Assembly (NCBI GenBank): GCA_951406725.2
Contig: OX597842.1
Location: 13,950,001-14,014,000, forward strand
DNA length: 64,000 nucleotides
DNA from: Octopus vulgaris
Taxonomy: Eukaryota
Direction: 5' to 3'
This document shows, piece by piece, positions 42,196-58,185 of the stretch (position 1 is its first letter; each line of letters begins with the position of its first letter). A program made the position numbers and the translations under genes. The notes below the pieces were generated by a model. That model was not told where the DNA came from, made no database searches, and saw only the letters and a list, made by a program, of their open reading frames with translations.

Positions 42196-42698
42196 TCGTG
42201 TGTGTGTGTGTGTGTGTGTAGTTTTGTATGTGTGTGATTTTGTGAGCGTCAGCGCACACGCACAAGGCTTAATTAGCGAACTAAGGATACCACTATTACG
42301 AAATGTGTTAACAGTCCAGAACCCTAATTAGGAGTGTACACACAAACCCACACACACGCGCGCAGGCACATATATCTGGAGCCTTGTTGTACTGAGGTAT
42401 ACTCAACCTCCACAGCAAAAGTATTACGGCCCTACCCTGACAAGCAGAACTGGCCTGCCGATGCCACGTATAAATCACACATATAGGCGGCACCTATGAG
42501 CGCTCATTCCGGTGTCACACGAAAAGTAGCCACCACACGCTGTGGAGTGGTTGGTGTTAGGAAGGGCATCCAGCCCTAGAGACAATTCCAAGCCAAACTA
42601 GACTGGAACCTAAAGCAGTTTTATGGAGTGCCACCTTTAGCAGAAAAAAAACTGTGCAGCCCATTCCAGTTTCGAAAACGGACGTTAAATGATGACAG

Positions 42699-42826
<128 letters not shown>

Positions 42827-43069
42827 ATATATATATATATATTTATCTATCTATCTATCTGTCTGCCTATCTGTCTGTCTCACTGTCTGTCTGTATGCCT
42901 GTCTGTCTGTCAGTCTGTCTGCCTGTATAACTATCGATCTATCTAGCTAGCTAGCTCTCCATTTTTTCTCTGCGTGTGTGTATATATACATATACATGTA
43001 TATACACACAGATACATGAGGAGGCAGACAGACAGAAAGACAAACAAACAGACAGACATACAGACAGAC

Positions 43070-43200
<131 letters not shown>

Positions 43201-43201
43201 C

Positions 43202-43293
<92 letters not shown>

Positions 43294-44869
43294 GTGTTTG
43301 TGTATGTATGCATTTATATAAGATTGAGCTTATGTGGAAGACCTGTTCATAGTATCTAGTCTTAAGTGAAATACAGCCAAATCTCCTAGTGACACTTTAC
43401 TGTATTTTGTATGTATGTAGGTACATAAATGTGCTGTATGTATGCATGGTAATTAATGAGGCAGAGTAAATATAGCAGAGACCATAGTCTCACAACTTAT
43501 GAAGGAGATTTAGATGAGAAGAATAGAAACGGTATATTACTGGTACTTAATGTATTTAACCACGTGTATATATATATATATAAAGTTGAAATTAAACAGC
43601 TACAACTACACCAATACCAGTCTTCGTCTGCAAAATGCATCACGACTGTCACCATAATCCCAAACATCATCACTTCTACAAAACTACACTACCAACACCA
43701 CCACTAGTACCTATACCACCGACACTGCCCTTATCATCAACACTACCACAGCCACAACTAACACCACCCAACATATTTCTGCTCAGTCCAACTCTACGTT
43801 TTATTCGAATACTTAGCCTTGTGCCCTTAATAGAATCAGTGCAGTAGCGTGGTGGGGAAGATTTTTCTACAAGACCCTCAAAGAATTTAATTTCAGTTGG
43901 ATTTGATCTCAGAACAGAGAGAGCCGGAGCAATTAATTCAAAGTTGTCAATTGTCCACCGTGATTACCCGGTCGAAAAAGCAGCTAAACCTCACTCAACT
44001 CACACCTTGATATCATAAGAAATAAAGGATATTGTGAACTATGTGATTTTATCTTGACCCTCACACAAAAGACTGGATGGTAATGGCTAGAATGTTTTCT
44101 ACATTAGAGATTAATGCAGAGAACCACCTAAGATTAGAACTCACTTCTACAAAGCAAGTGTTCACGGGAATTAGCGAAAGAGGTGACGTGGCCTCATTTC
44201 ACCCACCACACATCTAACCAGTTCAGTATGGTTGCAGCTCATGAGGTCATAAAATATTCGGGACAATATATCTGTGTTTGCAATACTGTCATTTGATCAG
44301 CTAAATGGGAGGGATGATAGCAACAATGACAAAGCCATACATATCACACACGCAAAACACCACCAGGATATATCAAGATAACCATCGTTCATTTTAGACT
44401 GGATCAGTTTTCTTTAAAAGTTGAGTAGTGAATAAAGAACACCCCTGAGGTAATTTGATATCGTCATCGAATATTGCCACACCTGAGATGTCAGTCACGT
44501 TGTCACTGTGATTTCATTCAATATAATATTGGTTTACACACTCTGCTATTATATTTTGTTATGCAACAATCAATTTCGAAGCCGCTTCTTTAATTTGTGT
44601 TCGTTTAAAATATTTAAAGAGTGTTCATCCTAATTTGAAATGTCAGACAAAATACTGAATCGGAAAAGTGATAAATTTAAATCTTGTGATGCATATGTAT
44701 GTATGTAAGTATGTCTGTCTGTATGTATATATGTGTGTATGTATGTATGTATGTATGTATGTATGTATGTATGTATGTATATATGTAGTATGTATGTATG
44801 CATGTCTGTATGACGAATGTATATATGTTTGAGTGTATGTATGCATATAAATGTATGTATGACTTTTCC

Positions 44870-45581
<712 letters not shown>

Positions 45582-46965
45582 ATATTATGTGTATATTATG
45601 TGTATATTATTATGTATATATATAGATAGATAGATACCTATAGATAGATTGAGAGAGAGAGACAGACTGACAGACAGAGAGAGAAAGAGTGTTCCGAAAT
45701 TAAACCAGCCGAAGATTCGGGCTTAAATGACTATAAATATGATGCGATATAAAAACCATACATCATTATAAAAGTCTTATGTCCCTTCTTTCTATTGCAG
45801 ACTACAAAAATAATAGAGATTTATAAATTAAGGGCTAATCTCCTAATCTCTCTCTCTATATATATATCTATAAACGGCACACCATCTTTTCAATTATTAT
45901 TCACCTCTTTTCCCTTTAAAAACTACACTGTTATATAATCATTTTATTTCGTCATCTATTCTGCTGGTATTTCCACAGAAAGTAGCAATATTTTCTAAAT
46001 TTAAAGCAAGTTATTACATAGACTATTGTTTCAAATACAATATATAAATATAACCTGTAAAAATATATTTAAAATCTAATCTTTTAAAACTTCAGAGAAT
46101 TTTTAAGTCTTGGAATGTCAGGATACAATTTATGAAGTTGAAATATTCAGACATTGCCGCAATTTTATAATCAATATATATATTTCAAATTTAACAATTA
46201 TATTAGTTTAAAATATATTAAAGATATGGTTTCTGTTGTTGAGGTTTAATTCTCGTCTTGTAATCCTATGGACTAAGACGCTCTAGCCATGACTGTCCCA
46301 TAACTTTTCATTGTCTAACAGGTTTAATTCACGCAGCAGTGTAGAAACTCCGCCGTGCGTTAGTAATAGAGTTTATAATAATTCTAGTCAATGTGATGGA
46401 ATTCTCAAAACCCATACATCTGATAAATAATGTTTCAGATAAATAATGTTTCAGAAAACATATTTAATACATTCCACATTAAAATGTTAATATAGTATAA
46501 CGATGTGGAGAAAGAAATGTATGCTGTCAACCACTTTAAAATGTTTACACAATTCATACTGTTTCCTACAACATGTAAATGTTATTTAAATTACTAGAAC
46601 AATTACATTTAGATGCAAAATAAAATGAATATTAAAACAGAAATCGTTTTAAAGAACGAAAGAAAAGATCAATTAAATGAGTCATTAAACAAATTTAGAA
46701 TTTCACTTCAGAATTAAAAATTCACTGGAAACTACATAAAATAGTGTATAATTAGATGAATATTTTCATTTCTTTAATTTCCATCAAATTAATTATTTTC
46801 CGTAGTTGTAACTGGTCTATATTTGACTATAAATGTTATACTTGTAATTTAATGCTTGTAAAATGTATTTAAAATAAATACATACATGCATACATACATA
46901 CATACATACATGTATGCATGCATGCATTCACACATACATACATACATACATAAATACATACATTC

Positions 46966-47096
<131 letters not shown>

Positions 47097-48271
47097 TGAG
47101 GGAGATAAAGTGAATATTAATTTAATTAATATCAATTTAAATGTTTTGCGATGTAAAAGTATGAGTATATTGTTAATTAGAGTAATTATGAAATAATATT
47201 CACCAAATTGAAAGTGTTTCGAATTCAGCCTGAAGTTTTTCTGTCTCTTGAATGTTCACAATATTCAAACAGCAGAGAGATTTTTGACTTCTGCAACGGT
47301 CGCTACGCAATTATGAAATGCCAGGACGAAGATTATAAACGTGTGGGTGTTACTTTGTCCTGTGAGTGTATCTTTGTTTAAACGTGTGTATGTGTAACTA
47401 TGTATGTTGTACTGTCATTGTATATGATGTATGTGTGTATATGTGTGTGTAGTGTGAATGCATCTTTGATTAAAGGTATATGTGTGTATATTGCAGCGTG
47501 TGTGTTAGCTAGTAAACAGAGACTACCTGTCTCAAATAACCACACACTGTATTCAGTGTGTGGTTATTTGAGACATGTATCCCGCAACTCCTATTCGTTG
47601 CTACATTATTTCTTTCTTTCTCTCACTCTCTCTCTCTCTCTCTCTGTCATCGCCAAGGTGGCCACCACCACCACAATCAGTCCATCCATTTCCATACAAA
47701 TATTTCATCTTCGTAAACAAATCTTTTTTTTCTATTTTGTATACGGAAAAAAGTTCAAACAATGATATATTTAAATTCATATATACACACACAAACACAT
47801 TCATACATACAGACATACATGCATATATACTTACATGCATGCATGCAGGCATACATACATAGATACATACATAGATACATGAATGCATGCATGCATGCAT
47901 ACATACATGTATGCATACATACATATACACATACATGCATGCATGCATGTACACATGCATACATGCATACTTGCATGCATGCATACATGCATGCATGCAT
48001 ACATATATGCATTTATGCATGCATACTTACATACATACATGCGCGCATACATATTTGCATGCATGCATACATACATACATACAGGCATGCATACATACAT
48101 ACATACATACATACATGCGTGCATACATACATGCATGCATGGATGCATACATACATACATGCATGCATGCATACATGCATGCATACATACATTCATACAT
48201 ACATGCATGCATGCATTCACACATACATACATACATACATACATACATACATACATACATACATACATACA

Positions 48272-48307
<36 letters not shown>

Positions 48308-48610
48308 TATAATGAGGTAGATAAATTGAATATTAATTTAATTAATATCAATTCAAAACCAATAGCCTAGCACATAAAAGTTTGAAAAATCTGAGAAAAT
48401 TCTAATACATGTGTATATTAAGAGGTAAACTTCGGTATGTGGACAGCCATATGTTAGAAATAGATCACCTATTATCAAACTACAAAGAAAGAATGTTTTC
48501 TAGGGAACATTCTTTCTTTGTAGTTTGATCGTAGGTGATCTATTTCTAGCACATAGCTGTCCACGAGGTGGTTTTTAGCCCTTAATATACACATGTACTA
48601 TATATATATT

Positions 48611-48712
<102 letters not shown>

Positions 48713-48796
48713 AGGTCCCGGGTTGATTCGGGGTTAACCACAGTAAATAAGGTACTCAATACATAGCAGAGTAAAATTAATTTATTATATAGAAGG

Positions 48797-48847
48797 AGCT
48801 TCTACAGGACTAGAACTGTTTCATTCAAGAGAAATCTTCAGGAAGCT
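48797..48847 (-). ncRNA. Type I hammerhead ribozyme motif in the PLE inverted arm (mutated plus-strand copy at 53690-53740)
   Basis: Reverse complement: agcuuc-CUGAAGA-uuuc(ucuu)gaau-GAAA-cag(uucuaguc)cug-UA-gaagcu. Stems I and III are perfect; stem II has a U-U at its base. Confidence 0.7.
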
Positions 48848-49594
48848 AGTTAACAAGAATTGTATTGGCATTTATACATTTAGGCAGGTTTAAAGGGGTG
48901 GTGGTGGGGGACTTTTTTGGGGGTAGGCATAGCGCAAAATATCATACTTGGGGGAGTGGTCAAGGAGTCAGTGGTAAATTAGATAAAAGAATAAATAAAA
49001 GAATAAAAATATATATAAAATATATAAAATAAAAAAATAAAATAAAAAAATAAAAAAAATATATAAAAATATATATATATAAAAGAATAGAGTTTTAGGT
49101 AAATAAGGAGATTCTCACTTATACCTATACACATATGTATACATATATACACACACACGCACATATATATACATACACACATACATACACACACACATAT
49201 ACATATATATACACATACATATACATACACATATCTACACATACACACATATATATATATATATCTATATATATATATATATATATACATACACACACAC
49301 ATGCATACACATATACACACATGTATGTATACACACACGACCACACATACATATACACACAGAAAAATATATATACATACACACACATACACATACACCC
49401 ATACACACACATATCCACATACACACATGCACACACAACACACAGGTCCCTATATACACATATATACACATACACACATATATATACATATATATACATA
49501 TATATATATATATACATATGTGTACCTATACATACCTATAGTAGTATAGGTAATCTAGATTACCTATACTAGTATAGCCCCACGCCAACCCAGG

Positions 49595-50295
49595 AAAAAT
49601 AGACGAAGACACATTAGCTGGTACAACCCCCCTTCAACCGTGAGGTCGCTACACCTGTAGCTAAAATCTTCTTCACTCTCCTACAGAAACACTTCCCCAC
49701 CTAACATAAGTACTACACTATCCTAAATAAGAACACTATTAGACTCTCCTACTCTACCACGCCCAATCTAGCCAGGAACCTAGCCAACAACAATGTGAAA
49801 AAACTTAACACATCTACTTTTTCCGAGGCCCATCCAACGTCCGATAGCAATTGCAACTGCCCTGATAAAACCACCTGCCTCCTCAACAACAACTGCCTAC
49901 AGAGGGACCTAGTATATACATGCGAGGTAAGATCAGGCCCTGACGATAAAAGAAAATCCTACATCGGAATGACGTCAAACAGCTTTAAGACCCGTTGGTA
50001 CGCACACACACACTCGTTCCGGCGACAGGATAAATCCAACCAAACTACCCTCGCCGCCCACATCTGGTACCTTAAAAGGAACTCCATCCCCTTCAAGACC
50101 AAGTGGAAACTACTACAGAAGGCGCGTTCGTACACAGGAGGCCATACCTGCTGTGACCTTTGCATTTCGGAGAGCCTAGAGATCTTGTTCGCCAAAGGCC
50201 CTCTCCTTAACAAAATCTCAGAACACTCCCCAAATTGCATGTATAAGAAGTATGCAAACTACAAGAACTATAGACCTACCTGGCAACCAGATTGA
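49595..50295 (+). pseudogene. PLE (Naiad-like) C-terminal linker + GIY-YIG endonuclease
   Basis: RRRHISWYNPP...LSYSTTPNL...CNC....C....NC...LVYTCEV...KSYIGMTSNSFKTRWYAHTHSF...TTLAAHIW...CDLCISE...LLNKISE...C. Confidence 0.8.
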
Positions 50296-50834
50296 TGACA
50301 CCCCACCCACAAAACCCCCCCAATCCCACCGTTCCCCTAGCACCCCCGATTACCTTTTCTCCTAAGACCTTTCACATATTGTATGTGCACGCTTGTATAT
50401 GTGTATCGTATATATGTATAGAAATGTATGGGTATATTAGGAATATACGCATGTATTATGTGCGTGTGTGTGTGTATGTATGTAAAAAAAAATATATATA
50501 TATGTATGTGCGTGTGTGTGTGTGTGTGTATATATGTATATATGTATATATGTGTGTATGCATATGTATGTGTATATGTATGTGTGTATGTGTGTGTATG
50601 TATGTATAAAATATTATATAATTAGGGCTTAGTAAAATAAATTACTTTGCCACATACTGAACTTTCTAGAAATACCAGCCAAAAAAGTTTTTTAGCCTCT
50701 TCCACTACTTAGAGAATATTTTCTCTCAGGCATTGTTTACTCAAAAAAATAATGGTCCTTTTACATACTGAATACTTGGTGGAATTGATTAATAACTAAT
50801 TAACTTTACCCTCAATTGTTGATATATGTATGTG

Positions 50835-50917
<83 letters not shown>

Positions 50918-51411
50918 ATGTGTGTGTGTATGTATATATATATATATATGTATATGTATGTGTGTGTATATGTGTATTTATATATGTATATATATATATA
51001 TATATGTATATGTATGTGTGTGTGTATATGTATATATGTATATATATGAGTGTACGCGAGTATGTCGATGTATATGTAGGTATGTAGAGTTATGTGTATG
51101 TGCATGTATGTGAGTGTAGATACAAATTGTAGATGTGTATATATATATGTGTGTGTATATATACATGTATATATGTATATGTATGTGTGGGTGTATATAT
51201 ATATATATATGTATATGTGGGTATGTAGAGTTATAAGTATGTGCATGTGTATGTGTGTGTATATATATGTATATGTATGTGTATGTGTATGCATGTATAT
51301 ATATGTGTGTGTGTGTGTGTATGTGTGTATATGTATGTATATATGTATATTTGTGTATATGTGTACGTGTGGGTATATATGTGTATGTATATGTATATGT
51401 GTGTGTATATG

Positions 51412-51470
<59 letters not shown>

Positions 51471-51661
51471 GTGTAAATGTATATGTATGTGTATATATGT
51501 ATATATGTGTATGTGTGAATATGTGTATGTATACATATATGTATGTATGTATGTATGTATATATGTATGTATATATATGTAAGTGTGTGTATATATGTAT
51601 ATGTAAGTGTGTGTGCGTGTATGGGTATGTATGTATGTTTGCACACATGTATATGTGTGTG

Positions 51662-51696
<35 letters not shown>

Positions 51697-51897
51697 GTAT
51701 GTATATATATATATATATGTATGTGTGTGTATATATGTGTGTATGTATATGCATGTATGTATATATATATGTGTGTGTATGTGTATGTGTATATGTACAT
51801 ATACGTGTACGCTCGTGTGTTTATGCATATGTAGGTACGTAGAGTTATCTATGTGTGTATGTATATGTACATATGTGTAGGTATGTATATGTGTATA

Positions 51898-51934
<37 letters not shown>

Positions 51935-52326
51935 GTATATGTGTATATATATGTATATGTGTGTAAGTTTATATGTATGTATCCGTCTGTATAATAGGTA
52001 ACTGCACGTACATATACTTAATATTTATTATTTATTTTTTGAGTATGCATGTATGAATAACTGCGCGTATATATATTTTATTTTTTATTTTTTGAGTATG
52101 CATGTAAGTATGAATATAAGGAGGCGCGTGTGTGTGTGTGTGTATGTGTAAGCATAGATTTATGTATACTTTTACGCATGTGTGTACTTATGTGTATATA
52201 TGGATGCGCGTGTGTGTGTGTGTGTGTATGGGTACGCATGTACATGTGTATGTGCGTGTATGTGTATATGTGTATGTATGTGTGTGCGTATATTTGTATA
52301 TGTATGTATGTATATGCATGTATGTG

Positions 52327-52361
<35 letters not shown>

Positions 52362-52532
52362 ATGTATATGTGTATGTGTATGTACTTGTATGTGTATGCA
52401 TGCGCGTATATATATGTATGTATATGTATACGTGTGGGTGCGTGTATGTGTATATATGTATGTATGTATGGATGCATGGATGTATGTATGTATGTATACG
52501 TATGTATGTGTATGTGTGTATATGTGTGTATG

Positions 52533-52575
<43 letters not shown>

Positions 52576-53745
52576 ATATATATATATATATGTATGTATT
52601 TGTATGTATGTGTATATGTATGTGTGTATATATATTTATTGGTGTATATGTATAGACTAGCCTTCTAAGAGTGTAGACATGAATCTGTAGGTACGCGTAC
52701 GTATGTGTATATACGTGAATGTATTTAGATGTATGTATGTATGAATATAACGCGTGCGTGCGTGTATGTGTATGCGTGTACGAATGAGTGAGGGTGCGTG
52801 CGTGAATGAGTGCTTGTTTTCAAGTAGAAAGATTAATGAACTTGCTGTCATAGCCAAGATGCTTGTGACCAGCGTTCAAAGATAACAAAAGTAATAAATG
52901 AAGATAATAAAATTAAAATTAGGGAATGGGTCTGTATTTGTATGTATGTATGTGTGTATGTGTAGGTATGTATAGGTACACATATGTATATATATATATA
53001 TATGTATATATATCTATATATATGTGTGTATGTGTATATATGTGTATATAGGGACCTGTGTGTTGTGTGTGCATGTGTGTATGTGGATATGTGTGTGTAT
53101 GCGTGTATGTGTATGTGTGTGTATGTATATATATTTTTCTGTGTGTATATGTATGTGTGGTCGTGTGTGCATACATACATGTGTGTATATGTGTATGCAT
53201 GTGTGTGTGTGAATGTATATATATATATATATATATATAGATAGATATATATATATGTGTATGTGTAGATATGTGTATGTATATGTATGTGTATATATAT
53301 GTATATGTGTGTGTGTGTGTATGTATGTGTGTATGTATATATGTGCGCGTGTGTGTGTATATATGTATACATATGTGTATAGGTATAAGTGAGAATCTCC
53401 TTATTTACCTAAAACTCTATTCTTTTTTATATATCTCCTTATTTACCTAAAACTCTATTCTTTTTTATATATATTTTTTTATTTTATTTTTTTATTTTAT
53501 TTTTTTATTTTATATATTTTATATATTTTTTTATTCTTTTATTTATTCTTTTATCTAATTTACCACTGACTCCTTGACCACTCCCCCAAGTATGATATTT
53601 TGCGCTATGTCTACCCCCAAAAAAGTCCCCCACCACCACCACTTTAAACCTGCCTAAATGTATAAATGCCAATACAATTCTTGTTAACTAGCTTCCTGAA
53701 GATTTCTCTTGAATGAAACAGTTCTAGTCCTATAGAAGCTCCTTC

Positions 53746-53812
<67 letters not shown>

Positions 53813-54029
53813 TACATATATATATACTTTATAATTCGTTCAGCGAAGATTTGCTTTACCATATACCGAAGTTCAGAAACTCCGGTACGTGGTAAAGCAA
53901 ATCTTCGCTGAACCCCAATTATAAAGTATTACTTAAGTTTATCGTGAAATGGTCCTTTTTTCATGCCGAATTCTACTCGGTGAAATTATTGATTACGTCT
54001 TAAGTAATTAATTTTACCCTTTGTTATTA

Positions 54030-54124
<95 letters not shown>

Positions 54125-54129
54125 TATAA

Positions 54130-54197
<68 letters not shown>

Positions 54198-56161
54198 TTA
54201 TATATATGAAATTTATAGAAAAAACAAAAACCGGAGTCAGGTGTAGGAATAATAAACAAGTGTATTTGTTTGATATTCAGGAAAAATACATGTGTGTGTG
54301 TATGTGTATGCAGATGTGTGTGTTTATATGTGTGTCTATGTCTGCGTTTGTGTTTGTTTCCTCCTCATCAGCACTTAACAACCGGTATTGGTGTGTGTAC
54401 GCCTCGTAACTTAGCGGTTTGGTAAATAAGACCGATAGAACACGTACCAGAATATTTCTAAAACAAATCAGTTCTAAGGTCGATTTGTTCCACTAAAACA
54501 CTTCAAGGTGTTGCTCTAGCATGGCCAAACTCAAATAAGTGAAACAAGTAAACGAATAAAAGAATATATACATACTTATATACACACACAGACATACACA
54601 CACAATCGTACCTTTTTCGGAAGAGTTGTGGTCACCTTGAATATTGTATAGACTAAGCTCATTTTGTGGAGGCACATGACCTGGTGGCTAGAGCAGCGGA
54701 CTAGTGGTCGAGGGTCGAGTGTCGCTGGTTCGATTCTCAGACCAGGCGATGTGTTTGTTTATGAGTGGAACACCTCAGAAGGCAATGGCGAACTTCTGCT
54801 GATTCTTTCACCACAACTTTCTCTCACTCTTTCCTCCTGCATCTTGCAGCTCACCTGCGACGGACCGGGGTACCGTCAAAGTGGGGAACCTATACGCCAA
54901 GGAAAGCGGGAAACCGGTCCTATGAACCAGGCATTGCGTGAGAAGGAACAAACAACAAGTTCAGTATTATTATTATTAATATTATTCTGGTCATTCGTCT
55001 GTCTTTACGTTCTGAGTTCAAATTCCGCCGAGGTCGACTTTGCCTTTCATCCTTTCGGAGTCGGTAAATTAAGTACCAGTTGCGTACTGGGGTCGATCTA
55101 ATCGACTGGTCCCCTCCCCTTGTGTCTAGAGTAGACAACAAAAGAATAATGTAAGGCGGCCCGCTGGTAGAATCGTTAGCACACCGGACCAAATGCTTAG
55201 CAGCATTTCGTCCGTCTTTACGTTCTGTGTTCAAATCCCACTGATTTTGACATTTCCTTTCGATAAGATAAGAAGCCCCTGAGATCTGTGGTCGAAATAA
55301 TCGATATAGGCCCCTCCAAAAACCTATCAGCTTCCTACCAAAACTTGAAATTCTTATCACTAAATTGAAGATGGAAACTAGGGCGAATCCTTGCCGTAAC
55401 AGGATGCTTATGTCATCTCTTCCTGATCTTTAAGTTCTGAGTTCAAATCCTACTGAGGTCAACTTTCCTTTCATCTTCCGGGGATCAATAAAATAGGTAC
55501 CAGTTGTGTACTGAGGTCGATGAAATCAACTTTCTCCTTTCTAACAAAATTGTAGGCCTTGTGCCTAGAGTAGAAAGGATTGTTATTTATTGAGTCGGAG
55601 AAAATGATTAACAACATTTTTACCGGCTCATTACGTTCTGAGTTCAAATGACACCAAGGTTGACTTTGTCCGCCATCCTTTAAGGGTCAATATATGAAGA
55701 AATAGTCAAGTCCTGAGGTCGATGTGATCAACTTGCTATTTCGTGTGTGTGTGTGTGTGTGTGTGTGTGTAGTTTTGTATGTGTGTGATCTTGTGAGCGT
55801 CAGCGCACACGCACAAGGCTTAATTAGCGAACTAAGGATACCACTATTACGAAATGTGTTAACATTCCAGAACCCTAATTAGGAGTGTACACACAAACAC
55901 ACACACGCACGCAGGCATATATATCTGGAGCCTTGTTGTACTGAGGTATACTCAACCTCCACAGCAGAAGTATTACGGCCCTACCCTGACAAACAGAATT
56001 GGCCTGCCGAAGCCACGTATAAATCACACATACAGGCGGCACCTATGAGCGCTCATTCCGGTGTCACACGAAAAGTAGCCACCACACGCTGTGGAGTGGT
56101 TGGTATTAGGAAGGGCATCCAGCCTTAGAGACCTTTAATATGTATTATGTATGTATGTATG

Positions 56162-56195
<34 letters not shown>

Positions 56196-56369
56196 TGTAT
56201 GAATGTATGTATGTATGTATGTATCTCTCTCTCTCTCTCTCTTTGAATGACCCGTTTGTCTTTTTTGTTTGTCCCTTCGTGTATTTCACGTTATTTATTT
56301 ATGTAAAGGTTTATTATATATATATATATATATGTATATATAAATTTATATGTATATATGTATATATGC

Positions 56370-56409
<40 letters not shown>

Positions 56410-56545
56410 GTGTGTGTACGACAAGCTGCTTTCACTGTCCGTCTCGTCTATAGCAGAGAACGCTTACCCTAGGTGCCACGCAGTAGAACTGAAACCGGAA
56501 TCCTGTTGTTCGGAAACAAACTGCTGACCACACCGCCACGCCTAT
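56410..56545 (-). mobile_element. tRNA-derived SINE fragment
   Basis: Reverse complement ggcgtggcggtgtggtcagcagtttg...ccggtttcagttctactgcgtggcacct; same family as 58091-58185 and 61780-61900. Confidence 0.6.
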
Positions 56546-56853
56546 ACCTATAACGCCTGTCTACGTGTCTGTGTGTGTGTCCATACATATATCACTCTAT
56601 ACACGTTTCTAAGTATATGTGTGTAAGTATGCCTGTGTGTGCCTGTGTATATACAGATAATTCGATTGAATGTTAAGGTGTCGCACGATGTCAAGCAGAG
56701 AGATTATGACGTCACAAGAACAAAATAGATCTAAAGAGAGAGCTTGTCATTCTCTTCTCTTCTCTCACTCTCTCCCGAAACCTTTCTTCTCTCATAATAA
56801 TAACATCGAAAAATACTTTAGAAATGAGAACCCAGGTTCGAAATTTCCCGACG

Positions 56854-56899
56854 ACACCTGATGAAAGCTGGAGGGTATATCAGCCGAAGCGTTGTGTTA
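56854..56899 (+). ncRNA. Degenerate minimal hammerhead motif
   Basis: gacac-CUGAUGA-aagcug...cagcc-GAAG-cgu-u-guguu. The conserved GAAA is mutated to GAAG, so probably inactive. Confidence 0.5.
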
Positions 56900-57183
56900 A
56901 CAACAAACAAGATGAGGACGAATATCCGTCAAATGTAAATAATGTAAATAAGAACTTTTATCGTTTCAATTTTTTTAATTCTTTGCTTGTTTCAGCGTAT
57001 TTTTGACCACCAAAATGACCAAGATTGTATTATTAGATGCATTACTAAAGGCATTATGTGTCTTAGGGCTGTTCATTGCTTATACTGTCAATATAGTCGA
57101 GTGAAATACTTGACGTGTATCTAATGGAAATGTTGACCGGCCATAATCAAGGATATTCCTTTCGATAACAACTTCAAAGGGCG

Positions 57184-57259
<76 letters not shown>

Positions 57260-57405
57260 GTGTGTGTATGTGTGTCTGTGTGCGTGTGTGAGGTATGTGT
57301 ATGTGTATATATATATAACGGGAAGGGGAGATGGCGGGGAGGAGGAGGGGAGGGGGAGAGAAGGTGAGTGAGGGATATATATATATGTATAAATATACAT
57401 ATATG

Positions 57406-57447
<42 letters not shown>

Positions 57448-57474
57448 GAGAGAGATAGAGAGAGGGGTGGTGTA

Positions 57475-57800
57475 TTAAGGACTGTATAAGGAAATCACAT
57501 GGAGTGTCAGTTGGAATTGATCCAACAGCCATAGAAACCCTTGCTTCAGACCGAGTTGAATGGCAAACAAAATTGCAGTGAAAGTTTTGAAGAAGCCAGG
57601 GTGCCCCAATCAAAACTGAAAACATAATTAATGAAAAATGTTATTATCAACGAGAAATTGAATCTCAATAATTTCTTTTTTGTGTGAGCATATTTTCTGA
57701 AAATTGTATTCTGGACCATATCTCATTTGCGAAGCCATACAAAACGAACTCCACCAACTACTCTGCCTATATGTCTGTGCAAACATTTCAATTCTCTGTA
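57475..57800 (+). mobile_element. Possible RTE-like LINE 3' remnant
   Basis: KDCIRKS....GIDPTAIETLASDRVEW resembles RTE C-termini; highly degenerate. Confidence 0.35.
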
Positions 57801-57955
57801 TGCCAGAAGGTCTGAAAATCTAAGGGAGGTCTCTATACACATTAAGACCCAGAAAGATCACAGGTAATCTACAGCACTTGGGCGCACAAACCGGGCATGC
57901 ATATTTATGTGCATGTATATAAATATAATTACAAATATAAATATAAATATAAATA

Positions 57956-58038
<83 letters not shown>

Positions 58039-58059
58039 AAAGTCTCCCAAATAAGGAAG

Positions 58060-58090
<31 letters not shown>

Positions 58091-58093
<3 letters not shown>

Positions 58094-58185
58094 CGCAGGA
58101 GTGGCTGTGTGATAATTATTTTGTTTACTAACCACATGGTTTTGTGTTCATTCCCACTCCGTGGCACCTTGGTCAAGCATCTTCT
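58091..58185 (+). mobile_element. tRNA-derived SINE 5' fragment
   Basis: aggcgcaggagtggctgtgtg...gttcattcccactccgtggcaccttggtcaagcatcttct. Confidence 0.65.
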
